Assembly (NCBI GenBank): GCA_029953675.1
Contig: JAMWBK010000004.1
Location: forward strand, 1,922,001-1,986,000
From: Rhodosorus marinus CCMP1338
Lineage: Eukaryota > Plantae > Rhodophyta
DNA: 64,000 bases
Direction of reading: 5' to 3'
Shown here: piece by piece, positions 11,021 through 24,442 of the stretch
Numbering within the stretch: position 1 is the stretch's first letter
How the letters are laid out: every line of letters starts with the position of its first letter
Made by a program: the position numbers and the translations under genes
The notes under the pieces: generated by a model
Seen by the model: only the letters and a program-made list of their open reading frames with translations
What the model was told of the DNA's origin: nothing
Database searches by the model: none

Positions 11021-13062
11021 ATGTCAAGGAAGGGGAGAAAGGGAAAGCAACCGAAGGCATCGAAGAAGAAGAAGGAAGTTAGTGAAGGAAAGGGGAAGCC
11101 AGCGAAAGGAGGAAAGCTTCCGTATGAGAGTGAAGACGTGGTTGGAGGAGTACCGAGGTCGTTGATGAACCTTGGGAACACTTGGTGAGTGTTTTTTGTT
11201 TTCCTTTTGCCTGCTTAATGTACAGGCGTACGCTTGTGCCTGTATGGTCGGGTCGTTTTTTGCTTTAGCATTGTGGACTGGAAAGATTTTCTTGTCGTTG
11301 TGTTGTTGTCTTTGTACAAGAATACGAGGAGGAATACGTGCTCTGCAGGCAGAATTGCCCAACTGACAAGCTTCTGAATTTTTTTTTTTTGAACCAGTTT
11401 TTTCAACTCAGTGCTGCAGAGTTTGATGAGTCTGAGCTCCTTTCGGGATGTGTTTACAGATAATTCACAATTGGCAGAGGGTAGACTGACTCTGAGTTTT
11501 CTGGACTTTGTGAGCGCATTGAAGTCCGATAAGAAGAGCAATGGAGCGGTAAATCCAGGAAAACTGCTCAAGGAGATTGGGGGCCTAAATCCTCGGTTCA
11601 AGGAGAGAACTCAAGAAGATTCACACGAACTGTTCCGTACATTAGTGAACGGGCTCATCGATGAAGAGAGGTGAGCGTGAAATCCAAACGGACAGGCAAT
11701 ATAGGGATTCTACGTGCTTGATCGTGAAGAACTAACTGAAACCGAGACTGGGTTTCTGTTGTTTTCGTCGTCAGGTCCGGCAGTGATGAAAGCAGTAGCA
11801 CCGGGGACTCGAACGGTTCGACAGTCTCGTACATCGAGGGCTTGTTTCAAGGAACGCTGTGCAGCACTGTGCTCTGCACCGAATGCGGAAGCAAGTCTAC
11901 TGTTCGTGAGCCCTTCCTGGATCTAACCGTTGCCTTGTCATCCGCAAAAGGCGTAGGGAGTACGAACGCAGCTAGATCCCCTCCGGCCCAGCCCAGGAAT
12001 ACAGAAACGGAAGTCTCCACGTCAAAACATCAGAAGAAGAAGAAGAAGAAGAAGGAGAAAGTCAAGAAGAAGGAGAAAGTCAAGCATCGGAAAGGAATGA
12101 AGTATGCTTCGCTTGACAATGGTTCCGATCACGACCTCCTTCCGTCACCAGTAGCTGAAGAAGGGGAGGAAGACCCATCCCGAGCTGAAGCAAGTGATGC
12201 CGATATAGGCTCATTGTTCAATATTTTTGAGCCGGAAGAGGGAGAAGCGAAGGAGGAGGAAGCTGAGGATACCCTGCTCCCCTCATTGTTCGAAGAACAA
12301 GACGACACTGAAAGTTTGTACGGAGATCTTGAAGACATCAGCCTCGAGACGGACTCTAAAGGCAGGATTCTCTCGGACGACATCCTCGCCCCTCTTCAAG
12401 AATGCCTCTCAAGGTTCTTGGATAGTGAGATCATGGACGGAGATAACAAGTTGATATGCGAGGCCTGCACGAAGCGAGAGCAGAAGGATTTCAGGAAGAG
12501 CATCCCGCGAGAAACTCGTTCCAGGTCTTCTTCAGAATCAGAGAAAACACGTGAGACGTTTTCGGATTGTTCTGATACCACTTTGGGTAGTTCAAAGTCC
12601 CTGAAAGAAAAGGCTGAGAGCACAGATAGTGAAGACACCATTGACAGGGACAAGACGACGCCCACTGCGGAGACAACTGTCAAGCCAGTATACACGAAAG
12701 CAACGAAGACTTTCAGTTTGGAGAGTATTCCCGAGAATCTGGTCCTACAGTTGAACAGATTTTATCAGCATAGCTTGCTCGGAGCGATGAAGAAGGTCAC
12801 TGGATTTTGTGAATTTCCTTTTGTGCTGGACATGAGTCCTTTCACTAACAAAGGTGGAGATCAGGAGTACCGCTTAGCTGCGTTGATATGTCATTCTGGG
12901 ACCATGCGATCTGGGCACTATATCGCCTACGTTCGCAGAGAGAGTGCCGAAGGTGAACTGTGGTTTTATTGTAGCGATTCCAACATCAAACTTGTGAACG
13001 AAAGCGAAGTTTTAGAGTCAAGGCCGTATATGTTCTTCTACGAGCTTCTCACCTACTCTTGA
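11021..13062 (+). CDS. Ubiquitin carboxyl-terminal hydrolase (USP, peptidase C19) with long acidic/basic insertions; introns 11185-11397 and 11671-11774
   Basis: The Cys box NLGNT|CFFNSVLQ is restored by splicing. QEDSHELF, CTEC, LVLQLNRF and the His box HSGTMRSGHYIAYV are present. Confidence 0.92.
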
Positions 13063-13590
13063 GAGCTGCCCTCACGGCGATATTTTTGTTTTGCCCCCCG
13101 GCACGCCCCTGGCGTATCTGATTCCTTACTACCTTCAATGAACGGTGAGCACCGAGCTGGCAGCAAGTGGTGAATGGGTGATTCACCGGTGGATGCGGTT
13201 GGAGCCTGCTTAGGACTAATAGTCTTAATTCAACTATTTATTTCTACTTGACGGTCCGCGATTAAGCTTCCGTTGAAGAAGCTCAATGTTGTGGGCTGAG
13301 TTTATTAAAACTGTAAAGTTTGGGTAGTCTGAGCTGCCGTATGGAGCACGTGGTACACTTTCTGACTCCAGCGCTCAAAGAGAATCATGTATTGCGCGTA
13401 GTCAAGGATTTCTTCGTTCTTCTTTTCCGTTTGTTGAAACTACCAATGGGAGGAGGGATTCAAAACGGGTGGGAATGCTCGGCGGTTTTTTCAAGCCGGA
13501 CTGGAAAGCAGCTTTGTTCCGTATCTCCAATACTTCAGTGTTTTATTCTATTGCACATTCCTATACAACAGGGGTCGATCCTTGACCTTA

Positions 13591-14688
13591 TCAAAACGGA
13601 TCCTCCTCTGGGAGCTCATCAGATCGATAATCCGCTTTCGAGGAGTCGCTCTTCTTCGATGAGGAATTTTCTCCCCAGTTCGTGCTCATGTTCGAAAACC
13701 CTCCCTTCTTCCTGGGCATTAGCCCGCCTCTCGTTCCTCTCGCGAAGCTGTCATCTGGTAAATTTTGGGGCACGTTAACCTCATCTCTCCCCTCACTCGC
13801 TGTCCTATCAGCCGAATAGCCTGACTTGTACGGTTCCGGCGTGTCCGGTGCGTTTGAAGCCACCCAGGAGCTTGTGGAAGAGCCAGAACTATCAGAGCTC
13901 GAGTCCGATGGCATCTTGGGAGGCTTGAAATAGTACTCATTCTCCTCAGAAAATTTTGTTCCGGGGGCGTATTGCTGATTGCTCGAATTTCCTGAAGGGC
14001 TCGATGGGTTCCTCGGAGGTTTAAAATAATAATTGTCTTGTCCGGAAGAACTCGGTTCCTTTCTATCCTGAGGCCCATCCCAGGTTGAATCAGGAGATGT
14101 TGGGTAGAGCGAACCCGAACCTCTCGTCTGCATGTCCTCCGGATATGAGTTGGCGTCGTTTGTGTACATTCTGTTTCTGTCCAGGATTTTCAGCGTATTC
14201 GCAGTAATTTCCACACTGAAAAATTCCTCCCCTTCCTTCTCCCAAGTCCCGAGAGTCGGTGCACCCTCTATACCAACCAAGGTTCCTTCTTTAAAACTCT
14301 TCTCGACCAACTCAGCGTCAAACCTGAAAGCCAGTATCGTAAAGTAGTCATTCCCTGGTGACGCGGGATAGTTCCTCTGAACACAGAGCTTGAACTTTGC
14401 CACTTTCATTGTCGGCGTCGTTCGAACGTCGGGAGGAGATGCTACATATCCAACCATCGTCACAGTATTGATATCCGGCATGCCTAGCCATGACCCATCA
14501 TCGTCCACAACCATATCAAAAACATCATCAAACTCATTCACTCCGTCTCCCTCACCCCCCGCAGGTGCCTCTTCCTTACCTCCTTCCAGTCGAACCACGC
14601 TATGCCTCCACCTGCGTGCCCTACCACACCCAACTAACCTACTCCACCTCCCGTTAACTGGCACTCCATTCCCAACGAACGCAAACAT
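13591..14688 (-). CDS. ssb: Bacterial-type single-stranded DNA-binding protein with plastid-like transit peptide, long disordered linker and acidic C-terminal tip; intronless, 365 aa
   Basis: OB fold INTVTMVGYVASPPDVR...KGTL-like KEGTLVGIEGAPTLGTWEKEG..VEITAN. The N-terminus is MFAFVGNG.. and the C-terminus is DELPEEDPF. Confidence 0.88.
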   Translation of the reverse strand: MFAFVGNGVPVNGRWSRLVGCGRARRWRHSVVRLEGGKEEAPAGGEGDGVNEFDDVFDMVVDDDGSWLGMPDINTVTMVGYVASPPDVRTTPTMKVAKFKLCVQRNYPASPGNDYFTILAFRFDAELVEKSFKEGTLVGIEGAPTLGTWEKEGEEFFSVEITANTLKILDRNRMYTNDANSYPEDMQTRGSGSLYPTSPDSTWDGPQDRKEPSSSGQDNYYFKPPRNPSSPSGNSSNQQYAPGTKFSEENEYYFKPPKMPSDSSSDSSGSSTSSWVASNAPDTPEPYKSGYSADRTASEGRDEVNVPQNLPDDSFARGTRGGLMPRKKGGFSNMSTNWGENSSSKKSDSSKADYRSDELPEEDPF

Positions 14689-15120
14689 CGTTTTCAGAAA
14701 GAAAAAAAACACACAACTCCTCCCCCTCTCCCCCTCCAAAAACTTGCACCTCCCTCACTCCCTTTCGCCTCAACTGAATTAGTTTTCTCAAGCTAATAAC
14801 ACAATCACCCCCTCCTCCTCCCAGAAGCTTTCCCCCTCCCACATACTCTTCTCCTTTACAACAGAGTTCGCCTCTTCTTCTTTCTCCACTCAGAAATTCC
14901 GTTCCACATTGACAAAAATGCTTCCAGCTCTCGCACGACAGCTACACAACTCGATCCATTTCCGCCTTCAAAGCTGTGAATGACCATGAAGAAAGTCTTC
15001 TTATCCATTTTCCTGTCGAGAGCGAGTTCCATGAGAGATGTACTCTGCTCATCAGGAGGCACAAGCCGTATGACAACTCGTATAGAAACTTTAAAACCCA
15101 AGTTGAGGCGGTCGGGATAG

Positions 15121-15270
15121 AAGCTGGTTACGAGGCTCATCAGCCCCCGGGAGAAATGTTAGGTCAAAAGGATTGTATGGGAAAATGACCAAAACCCATG
15201 TCGAGGTGCACAGGATCGAACCTAGTTGCGAGGCTCATCCGCCATCAGGAGAAACGTTAGGTCAAAGCCC
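15121..15270. repeat. Imperfect direct repeat of ~45-50 bp with a 98-bp period
   Basis: cgaggctcatcagcccccgggagaaatgttaggtcaaa at 15131 versus cgaggctcatccgccatcaggagaaacgttaggtcaaa at 15229. Confidence 0.75.
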
Positions 15271-16509
15271 CCGGGCGGGAAAAGACTGGACTTCAATGAA
15301 AGTAGATGACAACTGAAAGTCTAACAACTGCAACCACGGTCCGTCCAAGAAGGCCGAAACCCGCTGCCGGAGAGGATCCAAACATGGTTGCGTGAAGATG
15401 CCTAAGTGACCTTTGTCATTAAAGCTCCATTGCTGGAAGTCCTGGACATTTAGATGATCCAGAGAGCTTCCTAAATGCCCCGGGCCAACTGTTAAGACCC
15501 GACTGCTTTCCCATCCCGTCGCTAAGAAGCGCACAGTGTTCGGCTTCGCCTCGTCAACCTGCTCATCCACGATTCAATCATTTTAAAAGTCATGTACTTT
15601 TTTATTTGTATTATTAATACTATTGTCGAGATTTCAATATCATATAGTTGAGTAAAATGGTTTGTTTTCTGATTCGACTGGATTGATATATTTTGTTTAG
15701 TTTACATATTTATGAACATGTGGAGAGAACGGATATACTATTGGCTGTAGTAAATATGTTTAGATTATATTTTTGGAGATGTGGAGTCGTATGGAAAAAA
15801 TGGTCTTGTTCGTTGATGAAGTTCCGGAGGGCTGGAGGGCATTCTCGACGTTTTGATCATGATACCTGGCATGTGAGCGCTGAATTCTTTAACCATCGCT
15901 TTCCTCTTCTCAGATGTATTGCCTAGTAAGGGTTCCTGAACATTGTCCGTATCGGTGCCCTCCTCCACCGAGGCGAGGGCCACCGTTGGTGGTTTGACAA
16001 AGTTTGACAAAGGGACTGATTCTCAATGATTGCTGAGCGGCTAAATGTGGTGCTTTGTAAGGTAGCTATGAGCCCATATCCAGTCCATCAAGAGCACCAA
16101 TGCTCAACCAGCTGGACAGCAAGCTTGGCACCCGAAAAAGCGCCCGCCTCCGGAGCCGGCCGCTTTCCGAGAAACAGGCGGCGGATGAAACATTCTGGCG
16201 CTCCTCTTTCCATCTAAACTAGCTCCAGTTGATCAGTCTCCGCTGTGCTTACCAAATTGGAGCAGCTTGCATGAACTTATAGACTATCCTCAATCCAAAC
16301 ATTCCTGGAGGTGCCCGTCGCCCTCCGAATAAGCACAGGCGCTACTAACCGTTCTGTCAACACGAATGATTGGCGATGGTGCGAGCCCGGAGCGACGCTT
16401 GCGAGAGGAAGAAAGCGTTTTGGTGAGCTGAAGGGGTAGCAGTATAAGCTCATAGGTTTTTTCTACTGGAGTAACTGTTTTGCCAGTGCTCTGGAAATTT
16501 TGAGCAGCG

Positions 16510-17079
16510 ATGGCTGAGGACTCGCTGGCGGAAGGTGTGAGAACAAGCTTACAACGGTTTTCAGAAACATTGGATACCGTTGAGAAGAGCTTGAAGCCTG
16601 TGCTTGAGCTAGTTCAGGACGAAGAGGAAATTGAGAAAATGCCTGCAGCGGACAAAGCTCGGGCTCATATCGCGTTGTCTTACGCTGCCAACTCTCTCTT
16701 CTACTTGTAATCATTGGAGCATTGAAACTGAACCGCCTGAGATTTTGTTTTGTTTTGAGGTTCCTGCCGTGACTAACTGTATACCACCGTACTAAATTGG
16801 AACAGGTACTTGAAAACTCAAGGAATGGACCCATCTCAGCATCCCGTGCGGGAAGAGTTGGAGCGGGTAAAGCAGGCTTTTATAAAGCTATCGAAAGCAA
16901 CAAAGGCTGATGCGGAGGTCAAAGGAGACCTCGCATCTAAAAGCAAGCTGAACATGGAAGCTGGAGCCAGAGTGATTGCTGCCAATATCGATGGTAACAA
17001 AGGGTTGAAGCGGAGCATTAAAGAAGCTGGAAAGAGCAATCAGAAACGAAAGAAATCAAAGAAGAGGAAATCAACCTGA
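16510..17079 (+). CDS. C1D: C1D/Rrp47 (Sas10/Utp3/C1D family) nuclear exosome cofactor; intron 16707-16805
   Basis: The spliced product reads KARAHIALSYAANSLFYLYLKTQGMDPSQHPVREELERVK and ends in a Lys-rich tail. Confidence 0.88.
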
Positions 17080-18315
17080 ACCAGGGAACGACTTCCTCGC
17101 TTTCTAGTGAGCGTGTTCGCGATGAAAATCTCTGTACATACGTTTTGTAGAATAACGGGTTGAGGATCTTCTCCAGAAAAACAGATCGCATTGGGAATTA
17201 ACCGCTGCGCTGAGACACGAGCTGGTGGTTTCTTTTCGTTGAGTAAGACTTCCTGGAGAAGAAACCAAGCTGGAAATGCAGATTATTCACAACTAATCAG
17301 AGACGCTATAAAAGCAAACTGTAAATCGTACGCGCGGTTCCAAGGACACGACAAGGCGCTCGGCCCCATACGTAGACCTCCATCGAGATTTCTTCTCACC
17401 CACTTCTGGACCTGGCAATCTGGAGGATAGTCCCCGTAAACGCGAGTGGTTTCTCAAGTATCACCAGGGTCAAGAGGTGCTGCAGTTTTGTCTACTGGAA
17501 CTGAGCTCTGTTCCTCTGAAGTGGCAGTGTCACTCTGTCCAACCATCGGCTCACACACATTCCACGAGCTTCTCCTCACCGTCTCAAGTTGTGCAATCCA
17601 GGGATGCCATTCGGAACGCTGACAGTGAAATCCATTGAGAAGTCCTTCAGTTTCACCTCCAACACTGCTAGGTGTACACACGGGATGTGACATCTGGTAT
17701 CATGGCACACCAAACGATAGATAGCGCACGGAATTACATACTTGGAGAGTATTGTGTTAGAAGCGGAAGAAAGAGGCCACCTCATCGAGTGGCAATTTAC
17801 GAGGTTTACCGAAGGCCTACTGTTACCATTGCATCTTTTTCTAGCAGAAACTCGTACCTCGCTCTCAGGAGGCAGACCCCTTCACCCTCTCACTACCACA
17901 CGCAGAACTCTCACTAATGCAAAATGCCGACATTGCCGATCAAAAAAAAAGGACGACAACTAAGGACAGCGTGTCATTGCGAAGAATTGACAGTTTGTCC
18001 CCAATACAACCTTGAATTTCAATAGAAAAAGATCATCCGACGTCGACGACGGTTCCGAGGCGCATGAAATTGTGTGTTGAATATAATTTCGAAGAAATAT
18101 GGACAAGCTGTCCTTAGTAAATTTTTTTTTTCGTTTTTGGGTTTAGACGTCGACGATCAGTTTGTGTGGAGTTTTTAGCTCTTTGGGATGGAGGAGAAAG
18201 GATTTGGCTGATGAGGGTTGGATGAGTTGGAGAGGTGTTACTGAGGATTGGAAAGTGGAACGTTTGTGTTTAGGTTGTTTGGGTTTATTTCACACTTCAG
18301 CTGTTCGAAGAAAAG

Positions 18316-18940
18316 ATGGAGAACGACGTTGGTGAGATTGTTGACTTGTATATTCCGAGGAAATGGTGAGTGTGTGTTATATTTGCTAGTCCTTCCTTTT
18401 GTTGTTGGGTTTTTGGTTTCGGTGGGGTGTGTGAGATGGATGCCTCTGGACTAGAGCCCCGCAGCGTTTCTTCGCTCTGTTTTCTTTTACTGTTGAATGC
18501 TTTGGGTGTGCGTGCGGAGATGGCTTTGATGTAGTTCGGTTTTTCCCGTTCAGTTTTGTTTCGCGTGTTTGGGTTTGTGGTCTTGATTCGGGAGGGTGAA
18601 CGCTTTTCTGTGTTTTTTCAATTTCCAAGCTCGCTTTCTATATTGGGTACTCGGAGGTTTATGCTCCACACATGATGTTTTATCTTTTTACAAGTCGCTA
18701 ACAGAAAACTCGTTTTCTTTTTGGTTGAATCGTAGCTCCGCTACCAACAGACCGCTGACCGCTAAGGATCACGCGTCGGTGCAGATCAACATCGGCAAGG
18801 TTAACGAAGATGGGTTGTACACTGGAGAGTTTGAGACAGTTGCAATTTCGGGTTTCGTGAGAGGAAAGGGCCTCGCCGACGATGCCTTGAACAGGATTGT
18901 TGACTCGAAAGGATTGCTCGACGACATCAAGAAGAAATAA
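18316..18940 (+). CDS. RPS21: 40S ribosomal protein eS21; intron 18366-18735
   Basis: MENDVGEIVDLYIPRKC|SATNRPLTAKDHASVQINIG is the eS21 signature. Confidence 0.97.
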
Positions 18941-19798
18941 TTAAAAGGCTCTATAGTTAACAAATGCTCACGCATATTAGCGAGAACCGTACGCTCTACG
19001 CTTCGCCATGAACAAGAAGCCATCAATGACACTAGTTGAGCTTAACGCAATTCGGTTTTCACATGTAACATCGTTGCTCAGTGGTGCCTGAGGCAAGGGA
19101 AGACTGCCAGACTAGTCCTCGACCAATACAACCACAACCTGCTAGTGAACTACGTCGAAGCAGCTTTCTAAGCAGAGTCAAGACCTCGACCTGGTCTAGC
19201 CGATTGATTGGAGACCCAAGTCGATGTCCATAGCCCGATCTAGGCAGTTCATCCATGAACATCAAAAAAGGAAAATACCGTCCTTTTTTATTTGAGAAGT
19301 AAAATGTCACAGGGGTAATATTGCTACAACTTAAAATAGTGCCTGAAAGTTTTTTGAAAGCAATAAAAACGGATTTGAAAAATCTACAGCCCCCTTGCTA
19401 GGAGGGAAGTGTTTAATCTATAATGTACGTCAAACATGATCTAGAATTCTTTTTTCTAGAGACACAATGTGGTGAGGGCTTCGCGATAGGAGCGAAGTGG
19501 AATGGGTTTGAAGGCTGGGGAGGTTGTGCGAAGGCCATGGCAATGCTCTGACAATACAGGATTAGACCCGTCTGAAGATCTTTGCGATGAAAGCTTTGAC
19601 TGCCGCTGAGTGTGGTTTCAAGGGTTGGGGTTGCGCGAGAGACTGACTTTTTTTTTTGTTTTTGTGTATGGTGGGGATCTGGAATCTGTTCGGGATTGGC
19701 GGGTTGGATTAGGGCGGCAGGGTTGGCCTTGGAAGACATAAGAATCTTGTGTGCTTCTTTCGGTCCATTGAAAATTTGAAGAAACGCGAATAATCGGA

Positions 19799-20793
<995 letters not shown>

Positions 20794-21056
20794 TATACGA
20801 CCAATGGGACAACAAAACTTCCGTATGCTCATGCTCATGAGCTCTGCAGCCATGACTTGCTGAGTGGTATAGTGAGTATACAGAGCCAGCCTGTGTTCAT
20901 GCAGCGCAATTATAATATAGGATAATCTTTAACTTGGCAAAGCTGCATCCGTACTCTGCTTACATGCAGAACCAGCATGATGTTAACAGCTAAAACAAAA
21001 CTTTTATACGCATTGAACAGTGAGTGAGCAGTGTAGTTATTTTGGTCCCTAAACAG

Positions 21057-22474
21057 TTACTCGTGTAGCTTAGATATGGAGAAAACCCTTATGTTCAAAT
21101 GTTCACATATCTGTCGCGCGATTCTGTACGCCTGAATCGCATTCACAACCGCAGAAATTATCACAACGCCGAAAAGCAGAGGGAGCTCCAAAACAGATTC
21201 AGCGCCGAGCTTAGCGATAACCGCGTTCGCCATTCCAAGGATGAGAGGGAACACCATGAAAGAGAAACTGGGAAGGCTAGGCCGTCCACACAGGTGTGAA
21301 ACAATAACGTATGAGACGACATGCAGGAACGCCAACTCACAAGCCCAGATGAAAAGAAATGGGTAGTTCTCAAGAACGCTTGAGGAAATGGCCCAGCCGA
21401 ACATGGCTACTGTGCATATTGCAAAAGGTATTGATCCGTAAAGAGACTGCAAGCGCGAGGCGAGCAGACAGAACTGTGTTAGCGCTATGATCCAATCAGC
21501 ATTATTCGTTAGCTTCTGAACATGCAATTACCTCATAGAAGATTCTGCTGTCAGACTTCTTTGACTCCTTCAAAATCGCGTAGTAATTGGCAGCAATAGT
21601 CGGCATTGACACAGGCACCACGAAGAAAATAACGCACTTTCCAAGGGGAAGGACCCAAGCAGAAGTGATCTGAATAGGCGTCATCCACAACCCAGTGCCG
21701 AAAATAGCGGAGAACAGATAAAAGCCCTGCATTGTCAGCAATCCTTCGTTTGCGCCATTGATTTCCCGCAGGACTAGCGATCCAGTATAGAATTCCTCAA
21801 TCGTTGCCGTGAAGAACACAGACATTCCGAAGAACCAAATCTGCACGCGTGAAATGGAAGAATGTAAGGTTCAGTACGAAAATTCACAATGAGAACCACG
21901 TCGTGCAAGTAAACTACTGCGAACATATTCATACCAGCAGCAGGGTGTAGATATTATTGCCAAGTCTCAGGGTAGATGCCACTGTGAGACCGGTGATGGC
22001 TACGTTGATTGCGTCACAAGTGTGGTCAAACATGTGTCCCAATGGGCTTGCAGCGCTAGTGCGCCTGGCCTGCCTCCCGTCGAGATTATCCAGAAGCATA
22101 TACATGAAAAGCCCGATGAAATTCAATAAATAGACCCATCCTGGCGCTTCCTCGGACAACGTCGGAGCGTAAAACGACAGGATTATATGCGGAACCAGCA
22201 CGAAGCACAAGCCAATCAAAGTAACGGCGTTTGGTGCCAGCCACATTGGCAACAACTTGACAGCCCGGTCGTACAGCTTTGACATCACATACTTGTAAGT
22301 AATTGACCTATCGCAACCCTTGCCCTTGTAATTACACAGTGCAGTCAGCTCAGACTCTGTAAAACTCTCAGAATATAACAAAGCGTCATGCTTCCTCCTG
22401 CCCGTCCGATTTCGGCTCCCCGAGCGCTTCAGAAGCCCTCGTGATAGCTCATACCCTCCCTTCAGAACATCCAT
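21057..22474 (-). CDS. Choline/ethanolamine phosphotransferase (AAPT/CEPT, CDP-alcohol phosphotransferase family); two introns
   Basis: PMWLAPNAVTLIG and the CDP-OH motif LDNLDGRQARRTSAASPLGHMFDHTCD, followed by several hydrophobic segments. Confidence 0.93.
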
Positions 22475-24442
22475 CTTCACCAAAAGCCACGGCAAGAAGA
22501 AAATTCCCTTTTCCCAACTAGCCAGAATACAAAACGCTTCCAAAACAAATTCAAATCCTCCCCAAAAGACCCCGGGAACCTCTCCCTCCCCAGATCTAAA
22601 AACGCTTCCCTTCTCTAAAACCTTCAACACCGTCGCCCCGTGCACCTCCCCTACCTCCCCCAAAACCTCTTCCCTCACCATGATTCCGATCACTCTGTTA
22701 TATACCCCCCAACCCCATGGGCGTCAGACATCTGACAGGATACTCCACCCCCTCGCGTCCACATCATGACAGGCAACGCTGAATAAAAAGCGAAAGAAAG
22801 CATCCACCGAAGCAAAACCTCAACCGTAAAGAAAACTCGAACATTTCTACCTAAATTCAATCAATCTCATGGGGCAGCACACAAGAAAGCAAAAAAAAGG
22901 CCGGGAAACGGCTTTCAATGCTGACAACTGACACCTTCCAAATTATATACAATTTTCTAACACCTACCCGCACCAATGTACCAAAAAGACCGCATTTATT
23001 GCTTCACAATCTCCTCTAGCAAGCATGAGAATTGTTGGATAATTCTCCAAGGGGGGGTATGTCATGTGTCCATTCAGTTGCTGAATTCTACCATGCCTTA
23101 GTCTGGTCTACAATGTTTCTATATAGTCTTAATTTAAGATTTGATTCGGAGGGGTGCGCGTCATGCCCCCGCCTCCTCTGCCCCATTGGAGAAGAGTGCA
23201 TATTTCAGATTTGTTAATGCCTCCAAACCTGCCCCCACATATCCTGCCACTGACGCGCTGAACCTCATCGGAGGTGCACGTGGCTTCTCGGGATTATCGA
23301 TAATTGGATGAAATAGGGATGGTGCTTGTAAGGCCACTTCCAGGTACATCTTCATAATGAATTTCACCTCGATAATTCATTTTTATGGAAGTGCTCTAGT
23401 TTTCGTTATCATACGAATAAATGTCAATGTATTGTATTGTAGTGGCAATGAGAATATAATATGAGGCATCTTTGTGGGAAATAAACAAAATAAATTGTGG
23501 TAGTGGGCATGTTTCAGTGCGATTACGACCCGAAATCAAAGGAGACCAATCATATTTTATTTTCATGTAATAAAGTCAACCTACGGAAGGGGCATGCCCC
23601 TTTGCCCCAGCCAAGGCCCCCCACCTTACCCGTTTCGGCTTTCCTATAAGAGTCATTTGTATCGTACAAATGAGAAGAAAAGTTAGACGTGAAAAAAAAA
23701 TCTTCTTGCTTGTTTTCAAAAAACTAGATGCATAGATGCATGCTATATCGTAGACGTTAACTCCCAATCAGAAAGATTGGGACTTTATCTGAATTCTACG
23801 ACTAATCTATGTTGTTCTGTGACCGTCCTAACCTTGATGCATCAACCCACGCATATGTAATGATGTAAAAGCTCAGAAAAGGGGGGGGGGGGGAGAGAGG
23901 TGTTTTCACTTGAATTTCAACAAGTACGGAATGCTGCCCCCGACTGAAAACAAACAACGCTTCGTCGACGGATGCGTTAGGTTCTATAATTAAGAAAAAA
24001 TAAACGCGCTTTACAAAAAAAAGAAGTTATGAAAGTTCTGTTTTACATAACATCATCGCTCGCTGGGGGAAAGCAACAAGTTAAATTCAAGCATTACATA
24101 GATTTGGATTGAAGCTCTAAATAATTATGTGGTTTCAATTGACGTTGATTGAATATTGGATATTTTGTTTTGTAGAAATAATATGTACGAATTCAAAAGC
24201 ATTGAATTTTGCACGTTAGGAGGGGTTGGTGCGGAGCGCGTTGCTGGCTCCGGGTCTTCGGTCAGTGACTCCACTCCGGTTCCGAGCCTGATACACAGCA
24301 CGTCTTTCAACTTGCGAAGCTTCTTAAAGAGTAGTGATATGGGAACTAGTAGTGACCATTTGACAAGAGCGTTATTACGCGTTCTGATAAAATTGCTTTT
24401 TTTGTTTCGAAACTAGAGCAACCTCCCCCTCTTGCCGTTTTC

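Noticed and set aside
10222-11181. Many 60-95 aa ORFs in the purine/pyrimidine-skewed region upstream of the USP gene
   Set aside because: Low-complexity promoter/UTR sequence. The same applies to similar ORFs at 2441-3023, 36195-36683, 43102-43979 and 50574-51727.
15765-16217. Short ORFs upstream of C1D
   Set aside because: No motif, and no splice path to a longer product was found.
17191-17963. Short ORFs between C1D and RPS21
   Set aside because: Conflicting frames on both strands with no family signature.
23587-23602. 16-bp palindrome aaggggcatgcccctt, and a 14-bp one at about 9560
   Set aside because: Short enough to arise by chance in 64 kb, with no supporting context.
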